Shown here one piece after another: positions 26,805-37,245 of a DNA stretch of 64,000 nt. Within the stretch, counting starts at the first letter, position 1. Every line of letters starts with the position of its first letter. The stretch lies in NCBI GenBank assembly GCA_043821645.1, contig JBDRCO010000042.1, forward strand, positions 26,457 to 90,456. Reading direction: 5' to 3'. Source of the stretch: Pseudomonadota bacterium (GTDB lineage: Bacteria > Myxococcota > JACRCW01 > JAFGSX01). Below the pieces are notes generated by a model. That model did not search any database, had not been told where the DNA came from, and saw nothing but the letters and a program-made list of their open reading frames with translations. A program made the translations under genes and the position numbers.

Positions 26805-28181
26805 TCAGGTGCCGTTGTCGCCGGTCTCGCTGAGGTTGGTGCGGTAGATCTGCTTGGTGGCGGCCAGGCGGTACAGCAGCTTGCACGCTTCGAAGGGGCG
26901 CATGCGTGCGGTGCTGACGAGGTCGCGCACGGTGCGGCGTCCGTCCACCAGGGTGAGCAGGCGGCGCTCGTCGCTGGTGAACTGGGACGGGTCGGTCATG
27001 CTGCTGGGACGGTGCGCGAACACGGCATCGAAACCGCCCACCTCGCGCTCGATCACGCTCCACTCATCGACCCGGCGCAGGCCCTCGAGCAGCAGGCCCT
27101 GCACGTCGATGTCGACCAGCATGGCGTCGAACTCGGGGGGAGGATGGACGCCGGCCAGCAGGCAGCAGCGACCTCCGTGCACGCGCAGGGACTCGTACAC
27201 CAGCTCGCAGCACTGATCCGCGATGGCCAGCTTGAGATCCTCGGCGCGGATGTGTCCCAGCCGCACCAGCTTCTCGCCCAGCGGCAGGCCACCGCGGGCG
27301 CTCGAGGAGCGCGCCAGCTGCTCCAGCTCGGTCTGCGAGATCAGGTTGCGGGCCACCAGGAAGCGGCCGATGCGAAAGGCCATGTCCGCGTTCATGGCCT
27401 GGGCAGCGCGCACGCGTCCCCGCTTGAGGTAGATGTCGAAGCGCGTGCGTGGCCCCCAGATCCGGAACAAGCCACCCAGGGACTGCAGCGACACCAGCTG
27501 CAGCACCTCGGGCAAACCAACCTTGGACAGATCGGCCCACAGCATGGCGCTGCTGGCCGCCACTCCATCCATGGCAGGTGGCAACTGCTGCTGCGCCTCG
27601 CGCACGGCGGCGCGGGCGATCTCGGCGCTGTCACCGAGGCCGTGGCGGACCAGCACGCGCTCCAGCGCCTGGGCCAGGTCCTGGGCCTGATCCTGCTCGG
27701 GGCTGCTGCCCTGCGTATCGCTGGACGGGGCCAGCGGTGCTGCGGTGACGGCCGTATCCGCATCGAGCTCCAGATCCGAGTCGTCGACCTTGGCCTGGCG
27801 AACGATGCGCAGCTGCTTTTCGAGGGTATAGGAGACCAGGGCCAGGATGACCTCGGGGCTGAAGGGTTTGGTCACATAGTCGACCACGCCTGGTGCACTG
27901 GCGAAGCGGTCGCCGGTGGGTTCGCCCTTGCTGGTCATCAGGATGACCGGGATGTGGGCCATCTGCTCGTCCTGCGCCAGCTGCTGGCAGAACTGATAGC
28001 CCGTCATCTGAGGCATCACGAAGTCGAGCAGGATCAGCTCGGGCTGGTCGAGCTTGGCGCGCGACAGCCCGGCGCGACCGCTGCTGGCGGTGAGCACGCG
28101 GTATCCCGCGCCGGCGAGCGTGCTCTCGACGATGCGCAGCACCGTGGGCGAGTCGTCGACAACCAGGAGGGTGGAGGCCAT
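26805..28181 (-). CDS. Response regulator with C-terminal DUF4388 (PatA_N-like) domain
   Basis: REC 'LVVDDS...LLDFVMP...TKPF'. Then 'DLSKVGLPEVLQLV', 'LGEKLVRLG', 'LLLEGLRRVDEW'. Confidence 0.88.
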   Translation of the reverse strand: MASTLLVVDDSPTVLRIVESTLAGAGYRVLTASSGRAGLSRAKLDQPELILLDFVMPQMTGYQFCQQLAQDEQMAHIPVILMTSKGEPTGDRFASAPGVVDYVTKPFSPEVILALVSYTLEKQLRIVRQAKVDDSDLELDADTAVTAAPLAPSSDTQGSSPEQDQAQDLAQALERVLVRHGLGDSAEIARAAVREAQQQLPPAMDGVAASSAMLWADLSKVGLPEVLQLVSLQSLGGLFRIWGPRTRFDIYLKRGRVRAAQAMNADMAFRIGRFLVARNLISQTELEQLARSSSARGGLPLGEKLVRLGHIRAEDLKLAIADQCCELVYESLRVHGGRCCLLAGVHPPPEFDAMLVDIDVQGLLLEGLRRVDEWSVIEREVGGFDAVFAHRPSSMTDPSQFTSDERRLLTLVDGRRTVRDLVSTARMRPFEACKLLYRLAATKQIYRTNLSETGDNGT

Positions 28182-28385
28182 GGGGGCACACTGTGGCCAA
28201 GTGAAGCCACGACGTCAACAGTCTCGCCGCTACCAGACGCGGTCTGGGCCCGAGCATCCCGGTCCTGCTGCGGGAGCGCGCGGACCGGCTCGCATTCAGC
28301 GCAGGCGGGTCGCGCGGCCTTCAAGAGCGTTCACGGGCATCTGGCAACGGGGATGGGAACCAGGGCACACAAAGGGCCAGCGTCC

Positions 28386-29030
28386 TCACTGGGTCTTCAC
28401 GAGCAGATCCAGCTCCTTGCCGCCGCGGAGTATGAGCACGTGAACCTCGGGCATGTTCGAGGCCTGCTTCTCGAGCTGGGTCAGCGACGTCATGTCCGTG
28501 ACGCTCTGACCTGCGATCTTGAGCACGGTATCTCCTGGCTGCAGGCCAATGGTGGCAAAGAACCCGTCGTCGGGAATGGTGTCGAGCTTGATGCCCCGGT
28601 TGTTCTTGGTCACCTCCATCACCTGCACGGGCTGCACGGCCGGCGCGGTGCGGGGCTTGCTTCCCACCGTGATCACCAGCTTGTCGCTGCCCCCCAGCAC
28701 CTCGGCGATGATGGCCGGGTTGTCGCGCACCGCCAGCTCGTAGCCATTGATGGCCAGCATCACGTCGCCAGGCCGCAGGCCGATGCGGGCCAGCAGGTCT
28801 CCGCGGGTCAGGCTGGCGATCTTCCAGCCGAAGCGCACGCGATCTCGTAGCGCAGGGACCACCTGCAACGGCGTGCTCAGCGACGAGGAGACCGAGGTCT
28901 GCGCGCAGCCCTCGACCCGCTCGCCGGTGTCGGTGTCAATGACCTCGTAGCTGCGACAGGTCTCGGCGGCGGCCGGCACAGAGAAAAAAACCGCGCAGAG
29001 CATGAGAGCTCGAGTGGTCGTTCGTGTCAT
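28386..29030 (-). CDS. Secreted protein with two PDZ domains
   Basis: Signal peptide followed by 'IGLRPGDVMLAING' and 'IGLQPGDTVLKIAG'. Confidence 0.8.
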   Translation of the reverse strand: MTRTTTRALMLCAVFFSVPAAAETCRSYEVIDTDTGERVEGCAQTSVSSSLSTPLQVVPALRDRVRFGWKIASLTRGDLLARIGLRPGDVMLAINGYELAVRDNPAIIAEVLGGSDKLVITVGSKPRTAPAVQPVQVMEVTKNNRGIKLDTIPDDGFFATIGLQPGDTVLKIAGQSVTDMTSLTQLEKQASNMPEVHVLILRGGKELDLLVKTQ

Positions 29031-29294
29031 CGAGGTCCTCCTGCAGGCAACATGTGGACGCGAGACAGGCGTCTGTGTTCACCAGGTCCGCGCACCGCGG
29101 TCATCATCGCCGCCCGGGCGCGGTCGATCAACCGTCAGTGCAGGAACCGGACAAGGGACATGCGCGTCGGGTGGCCGCGGCTTCCCTGCGGCGCGGGATT
29201 TCAAGATATGTTTAACGAGCTCAGGGGATTGAATGCAGGAGCGGATCCGTCGTCCAAGCCCCGAGGGCGTGCGATAGAGCGCGGAGGAGATGTC

Positions 29295-30329
29295 ATGAAG
29301 AGCACAGGACTCGATCGAGGGCGCGTGGCCGGGCTGTTGCTGGTGGGGGTGATGGCCGTGCAGGCCGCGGGCTGTCTGGTGGTCTCCAACCGACCCACCA
29401 AGGGCGACCTCGCCCTGCTGTGGTCCTTCGAGGGGCAGACCAGCTGCGCCTACGCGGCAGTGGATGAGATCGTCGTGTCCATCCGCGGGCAGGGCAACAG
29501 TGAGAACTTCGAGGTGGTGATGCCCTGCGCCGAGGGAGGGGGTACCTTTACCGGATTCCTGCAGGGCAGCTACACCGTACACCTCGAGGGCATCGCCTTC
29601 GATGGCGCGGTGCTCTACGCGGCCACCTTGAACGCCATGGTCGAGGGCGGCCACACCACAGATCTCGGTCTGGTGGACCTTTACAGTACCCTCCCCGTGC
29701 CCACCACCGGCTCGCTGTCTGTGGACTGGGCTTTCTTGTACCCGGCGGGGTCGCCCACCCTGGACTGTGCCTATGCGGGGGTCGACTACGTCGAGGTGGC
29801 CCTGGTCGATGGCTACAATCGCACCGTGTTCGACCAGAGCGTGCGCTGTCTCGACGGCCCCGCGATCATCGACCAGATCGAGGACGGTGTGTACACGATC
29901 TACCTCAGCGGCCTGGGCAGCTGGCGCGGACGCAGCGTGGCGCTGTACGAGGCCGCACCGTTCGCGGTCGACGTGTTCGCAGGGCAGCTCACCGTCGTGG
30001 GCGTGGTGGACCTGCCTCGCATCGACAGCCAGTTTGGCGACGTCGATATCGGCTGGACCTTCGCGGGCAACAACAGCTGCAGTGCCGCGGGTGTCCGCGA
30101 CATCACGATCCGCATCTACCGCCTGGCACCGGACATCCTGGACGACGAGTTCTCGGTGGCTTGCCAGGATGAGCCGCAGCTGCGCACCACCTTCGTGCCC
30201 AGCGACTACGGCATCGAGATCGATGGCCTGGACTCTGCCGGCCATGTGATCTGGGGTGGCTATCTCGAGTACGCCCTGGCGCCAGGGGGCTACGTCGACG
30301 TCACGGTGCAGACCCAGCCCGTGAACTGA
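29295..30329 (+). CDS. Lipoprotein with three tandem Cys-containing beta-rich repeats (paralog of 51139-52338)
   Basis: GGAGG RBS and lipobox 'AAGC'. The unit 'W.F....C..AGV...C' occurs three times. Confidence 0.8.
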   Translation: MKSTGLDRGRVAGLLLVGVMAVQAAGCLVVSNRPTKGDLALLWSFEGQTSCAYAAVDEIVVSIRGQGNSENFEVVMPCAEGGGTFTGFLQGSYTVHLEGIAFDGAVLYAATLNAMVEGGHTTDLGLVDLYSTLPVPTTGSLSVDWAFLYPAGSPTLDCAYAGVDYVEVALVDGYNRTVFDQSVRCLDGPAIIDQIEDGVYTIYLSGLGSWRGRSVALYEAAPFAVDVFAGQLTVVGVVDLPRIDSQFGDVDIGWTFAGNNSCSAAGVRDITIRIYRLAPDILDDEFSVACQDEPQLRTTFVPSDYGIEIDGLDSAGHVIWGGYLEYALAPGGYVDVTVQTQPVN

Positions 30330-30449
30330 TCCCCGGACGCGGCCGGCCCGGACCGCGATGCCTCTGCGGTGTGCGTGGTGTGTCTGTGCCGTCGAGACCT
30401 TTGTTGCCGCAGCGCTTCGGGATAGGCTGACGGTCGTTCAGCTCTCGAG

Positions 30450-31943
30450 GTGCCCGTGGGTCGTCTGCGCCCCTCCATGCGCATCGCCACCCGCCTGGTG
30501 GTGGCCTTTGCCCTGCCCACAGCCCTGGTGGTCACGGTCACGGGTGTGTTCGCTGTCCTCAGCGCGCGCGAGGCCTTTCAGGAGCAGTACCGGCGTCGCC
30601 TCGAGGTCCTGGCCACCACCCTGGGCGCCCAGATCGACGCGGACCGCGTGCTCTCTTTGCTCCCTGGCGACGAGGCGCAGCGCTGGTACCTGGACCTGGC
30701 CGCCGAGCTGGAGCGGCAGCGCCGGGCCGCGGACCTGGGCGGATTGGTGCTGCTGAGCGGGGGCGGCCTGGTCTACATCGACGCCGATCGCCGCTATGTC
30801 ATCGAGCAGCGCTGGCCGCACTGGGACAGCGACCAGGACGTCGTGGCGCGTGCTCTGACTGGTGATGCGGGGGCCTGGGTCGAGGACACGCGCGCCACGC
30901 CCGCGGTGTATCGCGCCTACCGGCGGCTGGAGGTGCCGGGCCTCGAAGGTGCCAGCGGTGCCAGCGACGAGATCTTGCTGCTCGCCGTGGAGTCCAGCCT
31001 GCACTATCGCGCGACCATCCGCGCCTACGTCCGCACCCTGTTGCCGGTGGGCCTGCTGTCCTTGCTGGCGGTGGGACTGATCGCGGTGGTGGTGGCGCGC
31101 GGCATCACCCGACCGGTGCACCGGCTGGTCGAGGAGGCCCGGCGCATCGGCGGCGGTGATCTGGAGGCGCCGGTCACCAGCACCGGAGATGACGAGATCG
31201 GCTTCCTTGGCCGCACCCTCGACGAGATGCGCGGGGCCTTGCAGCGGCGCGACCGTGAACGCCAGGCCATGCTGGCGAGCATCGCCCACGAGGTGCGCAA
31301 CCCCCTCGGCGGCATGGAGCTCTTCCTGGGCCTGCTGCGCGAGGGTCTCGATGAGCCCGTGGCCGACGACGAGACCCTGGCCGAGCTGCGCGGCTACTCG
31401 GATCGTGTGCGGCGCGAGATGGACTACCTCAAGGGGGTGGTCAACGACTTCTTGGCCTTTGCCCGGGAGATGCCCCTGAGCCGGCGCGAGGTCGAGCTGC
31501 GCCCGCTTCTCGATGAGGTGCGGGACGTGATCGAGGGCGACGCCCGGAGCCGCGGGGTCCGCTTCGAGCTGGTGTGCGACGACGGACTGCGGGCAGCCCT
31601 GGACCCGGGTGCCATTCACCGGGCCCTGCTCAACCTGGTGCAGAACGCACTGCAGGCGACACCGGCGGATGGTAGGGTGCGGTTGTGTGGCGAGGCTCTC
31701 GACGACGGGGGCGTGCGAATCGCGGTCGAGGACACGGGCAGTGGCATCCCCGCCGACAAGCTGCCCGATGTGCGGACGCCTTTCTTCACCACCAAGGAGA
31801 AGGGCACCGGCCTGGGCCTGGCCATCGTGGACAAGATCGCCCGCGCCCACGGCGGCCGCCTGCAGATTCGCAGCGAGCCTGGTGTGGGCACCACGGTGGC
31901 GCTCGAGCTGCCCCGGGGCGAGGTGCTCGAGATGATCGGCTGA
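30450..31943 (+). CDS. Membrane sensor histidine kinase (HAMP-HisKA-HATPase)
   Basis: Two TM helices, HAMP 'DEIGFL', H-box 'AHEVRNPL', 'NLVQNA', 'DTGSGI', 'GTGLGLAI'. Exact start uncertain (30450, 30456 or 30477). Confidence 0.92.
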   Translation: MPVGRLRPSMRIATRLVVAFALPTALVVTVTGVFAVLSAREAFQEQYRRRLEVLATTLGAQIDADRVLSLLPGDEAQRWYLDLAAELERQRRAADLGGLVLLSGGGLVYIDADRRYVIEQRWPHWDSDQDVVARALTGDAGAWVEDTRATPAVYRAYRRLEVPGLEGASGASDEILLLAVESSLHYRATIRAYVRTLLPVGLLSLLAVGLIAVVVARGITRPVHRLVEEARRIGGGDLEAPVTSTGDDEIGFLGRTLDEMRGALQRRDRERQAMLASIAHEVRNPLGGMELFLGLLREGLDEPVADDETLAELRGYSDRVRREMDYLKGVVNDFLAFAREMPLSRREVELRPLLDEVRDVIEGDARSRGVRFELVCDDGLRAALDPGAIHRALLNLVQNALQATPADGRVRLCGEALDDGGVRIAVEDTGSGIPADKLPDVRTPFFTTKEKGTGLGLAIVDKIARAHGGRLQIRSEPGVGTTVALELPRGEVLEMIG

Positions 31944-31969
31944 AGATCTGTCGACCCAGCGACAGGTCT

Positions 31970-32038
31970 TCAGGTGCTGCCAGGGGTGAAGTCGGAGGGA
32001 TTCACTCCCGCCGACGAGGGGCAGGCCGACCGCCCCTG
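31970..32038 (+). repeat. Dispersed structured element, copy 2
   Basis: Matches the reverse complement of 7725-7792. Preceded by a 14-bp hairpin stem (31940-31973). Confidence 0.85.
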
Positions 32039-32097
32039 AGAAAGAAGAATCAAGAGCTGGTGATTTATCGACAGCTCTTGAGAGCGAGGTGGTCTCC

Positions 32098-33513
32098 ATG
32101 ACGGGAATCCTGATCATCGATGACAACGAAACCGTGCGCGAGGGCGTGGCCGCCATCTCTCGCAAGCTCAAGCACAAGGTCTACACCGCGGCATCGGGTG
32201 GCGAGGGGGTGGGCCTGTTCAAGCGCCACCAGCCAGACTTCGTGATCACCGATCTCAAGATGGAGGGCGTGGGCGGCATCGAGGTGCTGCAGCAGATCCG
32301 CGACCAGGATCCGGACGCGGTGGTGATGATCATGACCGGCTACGGCACGGTGGAAGCGGCGGTCGAGGCCATGAAGCGGGGTGCCTTCGACTTTATCCAG
32401 AAACCCTTCCCACCCGAGGTGGTGCGGCTCAAGATCGAAGCGGCGCTCAGTCTGCGCCTGGCCCGGCGCGAGCGGGAACGCATGCAGCAGGCCGCCGAGA
32501 CCTTTTCGCGGGATCTCGCGGCGCCCTTTTCTCCCGAGGGCATCGTGGGCAGCTCCGAGGTCATGAAGGAGGTGCTGCGCATCGTCGAGAAGGTGGCCAG
32601 GGCCGACACCACGGTGTTCATCCGCGGCGACAGTGGCACGGGCAAGGAGCTCATTGCCCGGGCGATTCACGACGGGAGCGAGCGTCGCGCGCGCCCCTTC
32701 GTCACGGTGAGCTGTGCCGCCCTGGCCGAGAGCCTGCTCGAGAGCGAGCTGTTTGGCCACGAGAAGGGCTCCTTCACCGGTGCGGTCAAGCGCAAGCTGG
32801 GGCGCTTCGAGCTCGCCGACGGCGGGACCCTGTTCCTCGACGAGATCGGGGACGTGCCCATGAGCGTGCAGACCAAGCTGCTGCGGGTGCTGCAGGAGCG
32901 CACTTTCGAGCGCGTCGGCGGCGAGGAACCGGTGCACGTCGACGTGCGCGTGATCTCCGCCACCCATCGCGACATTGGCGAGATGGTGCGCCAGGGGAGC
33001 TTTCGCGAGGACCTGTACTACCGCTTGCACATCGTACCCATCGAGCTGCCGCCGCTGCGCGATCGCCCCAGCGACCTCGAGACCCTGGCGCGGCACTTCG
33101 TCGCCAAGCTGGGGCCGCGCACCAATCCCCTGGTCAAGGACATCGCGCCCGAGGCCGTGGTGGCGTTGCGCGCCTACCGCTGGCCGGGCAACGTGCGTGA
33201 GCTCGAGAACGCCATCGAACAGAGCCTGGTCTTTGCCGAGGGTCAGGTGCTGCAGGCGCACGACCTGCCAGCCTTTCTCACCGGTGTGCACCGGCCTTCG
33301 CCGGCGTCGGCACCACTGGCCCAGCTCGACGACGACGACCGGCCCCTCGACGAGATCCTCGAGACCCTCGAGAAGAGTCTGATCCTGCGCGCTTTCAAGA
33401 AGGCGCGCGGGGTCAAGACCGAGACCGCCCGCCTGCTCGGTATCAAGACCAGCGCCCTGTATTACAAGCTCGACAAGTACAGCATCGGTGAGGCCGACGG
33501 CCACGAGGCCTGA
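32098..33513 (+). CDS. Sigma54-dependent response regulator (NtrC/AtoC family)
   Basis: REC 'ITDLKM', Walker A 'GDSGTGKE', 'GSFTGA', 'LFLDEIG', '[10 protein letters not shown]', and a Fis-type HTH. Confidence 0.95.
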   Translation: MTGILIIDDNETVREGVAAISRKLKHKVYTAASGGEGVGLFKRHQPDFVITDLKMEGVGGIEVLQQIRDQDPDAVVMIMTGYGTVEAAVEAMKRGAFDFIQKPFPPEVVRLKIEAALSLRLARRERERMQQAAETFSRDLAAPFSPEGIVGSSEVMKEVLRIVEKVARADTTVFIRGDSGTGKELIARAIHDGSERRARPFVTVSCAALAESLLESELFGHEKGSFTGAVKRKLGRFELADGGTLFLDEIGDVPMSVQTKLLRVLQERTFERVGGEEPVHVDVRVISATHRDIGEMVRQGSFREDLYYRLHIVPIELPPLRDRPSDLETLARHFVAKLGPRTNPLVKDIAPEAVVALRAYRWPGNVRELENAIEQSLVFAEGQVLQAHDLPAFLTGVHRPSPASAPLAQLDDDDRPLDEILETLEKSLILRAFKKARGVKTETARLLGIKTSALYYKLDKYSIGEADGHEA

Positions 33514-33624
33514 GCACCAGGTTGCGTGTTCTCACCCACCGCCTCTCTGGCAGTGCTGGCTTATAATATTAGGTATTTGATAGGATATAATCCTGGGGAC
33601 CTCGTGATCCGGGAGGGATCGAAC

Positions 33625-33867
33625 ATGAGGAATTTCTTTCTCGCCGCGAGCCTCGTGGTGGCGTCGGCCGCTGGCCTGGCCCTGGCCATGGGTACGTTTT
33701 CCTCCGAGGGGGTGTGCTCCATCGAGTGCCGGGGGGCACGGCCCCAGGGCGAGTGGTCCAACACCTATGGTCCCGCCGAGGGGGTGACGCGCTCGGCCTG
33801 CGAGCAACAGGCGCGCGATGCCCAGGTCGAGGGTGTGCAGTGCACGGCGAGCTTCGTGGCGCGCTGA
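33625..33867 (+). CDS. Small secreted Cys-rich protein (80 aa)
   Basis: GGAGGG RBS, signal peptide 'MRNFFLAASLVVASAAGLALA', four Cys, and an AT-rich upstream region with TATAAT. Confidence 0.7.
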   Translation: MRNFFLAASLVVASAAGLALAMGTFSSEGVCSIECRGARPQGEWSNTYGPAEGVTRSACEQQARDAQVEGVQCTASFVAR

Positions 33868-33904
33868 ACCGTCGAGGTCGTCTCGGACTGCTGGGTCCAG
33901 CTGT

Positions 33905-34936
33905 CTACACAGCGTCGATGGCTGGCTCTGGCGGCAGCGTGACCGCTTCGTCGATGGCGGTGCCCACCAGGGTGCCCGCCAGCCTGTCGTGCAGGGTCCG
34001 ATGCTTCGTGTCGACCAGGATCAAACTCCATCCCACACCGAGCAGGAGCAGACCCAGGGCCGCGACCAGGGCGCGGAACAGCGCCGTTGCTGCGCCGAGC
34101 TCACGCCCGCGGGTGGACAGCACGTAACAGCGCATGAGCACGAGCCCCGGTGTCTGTCCGAGCAGGGTCACGAACACGGTCTGGTACAGAACCATCAGGA
34201 TGAGCAGCACCACGCCCGCGGGCAGGGTCGCGTCCTTGTAAACCAGGGTGGCGTCGATGAGCCGATCGAAGCCCGTGCCCCGGGCGGGACCGATGGTGTC
34301 TGGCAAGCGCTGCAGGGCCACGGCGAGATAGATCGCTGTCAGCAAGGCCACGGCCACCAGGTCGAGTACCGCAGCCAGGGCGCGGCGCCAGGTCCTGGCG
34401 AGCTGGACCTGACGATGGATGGACACGATCGGTTGTGCGACCTCGTCCTCGAGGGGAGCGCCAGCGCTATCGGATGCTGCCTCATCCGGCAACAGCGGGT
34501 CGCGGTAAGCTTGCACAGGTACCGTGGCGTCGTCATGCAACGGCGGCAGGAGATCCACCGGGGTGGGTGGCAGGGTCGGGATGGTGGAGTCCGCAGGTTC
34601 GATCGGGCCTGGCACCGCGACGGGTGCTGACCGGGGAGACGCAACAGGGGCTGCCGCGACGGGGGCGGCGGCGGCAGTGGAAGCTGCGGGTGCTAGCCGG
34701 GTCGCGCGCGCCACCGGCTGCGGCCTCGGTCGCGACGGTGGTGCCGGTGGACGGTCAAGCGGCTGACGCTGTTCTGGCGACACCAGCATGCGCGGTGGCG
34801 TCGAGGGATTGAAGTCCGCAGGGCGAGGCGGCGCCGGTGACAGCTTGCCCTGATTGACCGCGTGAAGCGGCGAGGAACAGCGCTGGCAGGTCAGCGCCCC
34901 ATCCGGATTGTCGTGCTGGCAGTGCGCGCATCGCAT
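33905..34936 (-). CDS. RDD-family membrane protein with N-terminal zinc ribbon and Pro-rich linker
   Basis: 'CAHC...CQRC', 'WRRALAAVLD', 'GQTPG', 'RTLHDRLAGT'. Start re-called at ATG 34936. Confidence 0.88.
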   Translation of the reverse strand: MRCAHCQHDNPDGALTCQRCSSPLHAVNQGKLSPAPPRPADFNPSTPPRMLVSPEQRQPLDRPPAPPSRPRPQPVARATRLAPAASTAAAAPVAAAPVASPRSAPVAVPGPIEPADSTIPTLPPTPVDLLPPLHDDATVPVQAYRDPLLPDEAASDSAGAPLEDEVAQPIVSIHRQVQLARTWRRALAAVLDLVAVALLTAIYLAVALQRLPDTIGPARGTGFDRLIDATLVYKDATLPAGVVLLILMVLYQTVFVTLLGQTPGLVLMRCYVLSTRGRELGAATALFRALVAALGLLLLGVGWSLILVDTKHRTLHDRLAGTLVGTAIDEAVTLPPEPAIDAV

Positions 34937-34940
34937 GGCT

Positions 34941-37203
34941 TCACTTCTTACCGCGCGGGGGCGCGGGCGAAAAGGGCCGTGCGCGGCTGGCGGATCGTGG
35001 ACCGTAGGCCTGGTCCAGGATGGCGTCGGCTCCCAGGCCAGTTTTCTTGGCCGCCTCGACGTCGAGGCCCTGGCCATGGCCCTCGCCGTGGCCTGACAGC
35101 TCCACCTGCGACCCCTGGCGCGCCACCTTGTCTGGACAGGAGGGCAGGCGCAAGCGACTGCGTAGAACCTCGCAGGGCAGGCTGGCAACCTCGTCGTAGG
35201 TCAGATCGCCCCGGCTCACGCTGCGCAGGTAGGTGGCCCTGTCTTCCTCGACACGCAGGTTTTGCCACCCGCTTCCCAGCAGCTCGTCGAATTCGGCCGT
35301 GGTCCGGCGCTGCGACCAGGGTTCCTGTCCACCGCGCGAGAACGCAAGCCAGCCCGGGTAGGGCAAGGGCGACAGCGCACGTGCTGTGTCCTGCCACAAG
35401 GGGGTGCTCTGAAACACCTGGCAGTGCGTGGTGTCACACGGAGGCCGCCCGTCGTGGCGCGTGCGATCGCGGGCGTTGTGGGCGATGACGCGGCCCAGCG
35501 CGATCCTGGGCTCGCCCCGGATCCCGTCATCCTCCGCACGCAGCACGCCAGCGGTGTAGCGGCCCAGGGTGGTGGTGAAAACGAAGCTGGAACCCTGCCT
35601 CGCCAGCTGCTGGCGCCGGCTCACCCGCTCGCCGGCCGGTGGCCGGTACCGCGGGGGCGGGGACAGCCGGAACACCCCGGCGTAATTTCTGTGGTCTGGC
35701 GCGATGTCCGGAAATCGGACCTGCCAGGGTGCCCCGAGGCACAGTGCCGGGGCTCCATCCGCGGCCGCCAGCAAGGGCCCGAACCGCCGATCGAGGAGCA
35801 CCGGGCCACTGGCATGGGCGCTGACCGCCACACCCTCGCACTGTGCTTCGACGTGCTCGGGTGGAATCAGCCCCAGGACCTGTACCTCGGTGGCGGCGAG
35901 GTCCAGACGCCGTCGGAGCGTGCGCAGGGGTTCGACCAGTTGATCCGCGAACTGCCGGGGCGATCTCTCCCGCCGCACCAGCACCAGCACCAGCTCGCGG
36001 TCGACCGCCACGATCCAGCCCACGCGCGGTCGCGAGGCATCGTCGCGCACGGTGCCAGTCTTGAGCGCCACGTCGCGCAGGGCGGCCGATACCGGAAGTT
36101 CGGACAGGGTGCCCCGCGCTGCGTTCTGGCGCATCACGTCGATGAGATCGGGTCGAGCCAGGGCGAGGGTCCGATACAGCTGGGCCACTGCGAGGGGCGA
36201 CAGGCTCAGAGCGGGCTTGATGCCAATGGCCTCGGCCATGTCCTCGGGCAGGCGCGGGAGGCCCAGTGCCAGGGTCAGCGGGCCCCAGGCTCCGAGACGG
36301 GGGACCGCGGGATCCTGCTGCGCCCAGTCGAGGAAGTAGCCGTTGCAGGAGCGCAGGATGGCGGTGGCCGCGTCCATGAGCTCGGGCAGTTCGTCGCCAC
36401 AGATCCATTCGGGTCGGTCGCGCCGTGGCGGTAGCGTCGGAGGGGTGGTGGCTCCGGCCACCACGAAGGGTTTGAGCACCGACCCGTAGGGCATGGCCAG
36501 GCCGGCTGCTCCGTCGCTGCGCAGGACCTCGCCGCTGTGCAGGGCGAGCGCCACCAGCGCATCCGCGACCTCGCCATAGCTGGCGCCGATCAGGGGCGTC
36601 GACGCTCAGGGGCTGCCAGCGCTGGTCCTCGGCGCAGCGCCGTAGGCCTTGCCTCAGCACCTCGGGGAGACCGTCGCGGGCTGGCAGGTTGGCGATGAGG
36701 CGAGCCAGCGCCTGGCGGGCCTCGGGACCGTCGAGGCTGCGCGCGGTCTCCAGGCGTCGTCGCGCCTCCGGCAGGGACAGGTAGCCCTGGCTGTTCCAGC
36801 TCTCGAGTTCGCCGCTGGTGGCAATGGCCAGGGTCTCGTGAAACAGCCTGTCGCCGGCGGAGACCGGGCAGGCCTGCCACAAGAACTGGTGCACCACCTC
36901 GTGGCGGAGGGCCAGCATCGTGCGCTGCGCTGCGCCATCACCCTGGAGCTTACGCAGGGCCACGCGCCCCGGATGCCCCACCGCAGCCTGAGCCGGCGAG
37001 AGGCTCGTGGTCTGAACCACCTGCAAGGTTCCGCGAGCCGCCGGCGCCGATCGTTCCGTGGCATCGAGATACAGCTGATCCAGCGCCTGCCACTGGGAGC
37101 GCACGATGTCCTGCACCTGCGCCGCGTCGTCGAGTCCTGGCCCCACCTGCACGATGGGCGGAGAGGCTAGCAGGAGGGAAAAAAGAACGCTGTAACCCAC
37201 CAT
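34941..37203 (-). pseudogene. yfaQ: YfaQ-like protein (HExxH domain + PBP-like domain + SpoIID-like domain) split by a +1 frameshift; pseudogene or assembly error
   Basis: Removing one G from GGGG at 36593-36596 joins track ORFs 35527..37203 and 34941..36554 into one 753-aa frame (..LSVDALIGASYGEVADALVALALHSGE..). Confidence 0.75.
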
Positions 37204-37245
37204 TCACGCCTCGAGGTCACCCAGACAGCAGCCCAGCCGCCGAGG

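Noticed and set aside
31940-32040. Hammerhead ribozyme (CUGAAGA) or c-di-AMP, TPP or glycine riboswitch identity for the repeated element
   Set aside because: No GAAA follows the stem, and the other conserved blocks of those families are absent by eye. A formal Rfam scan is still needed.
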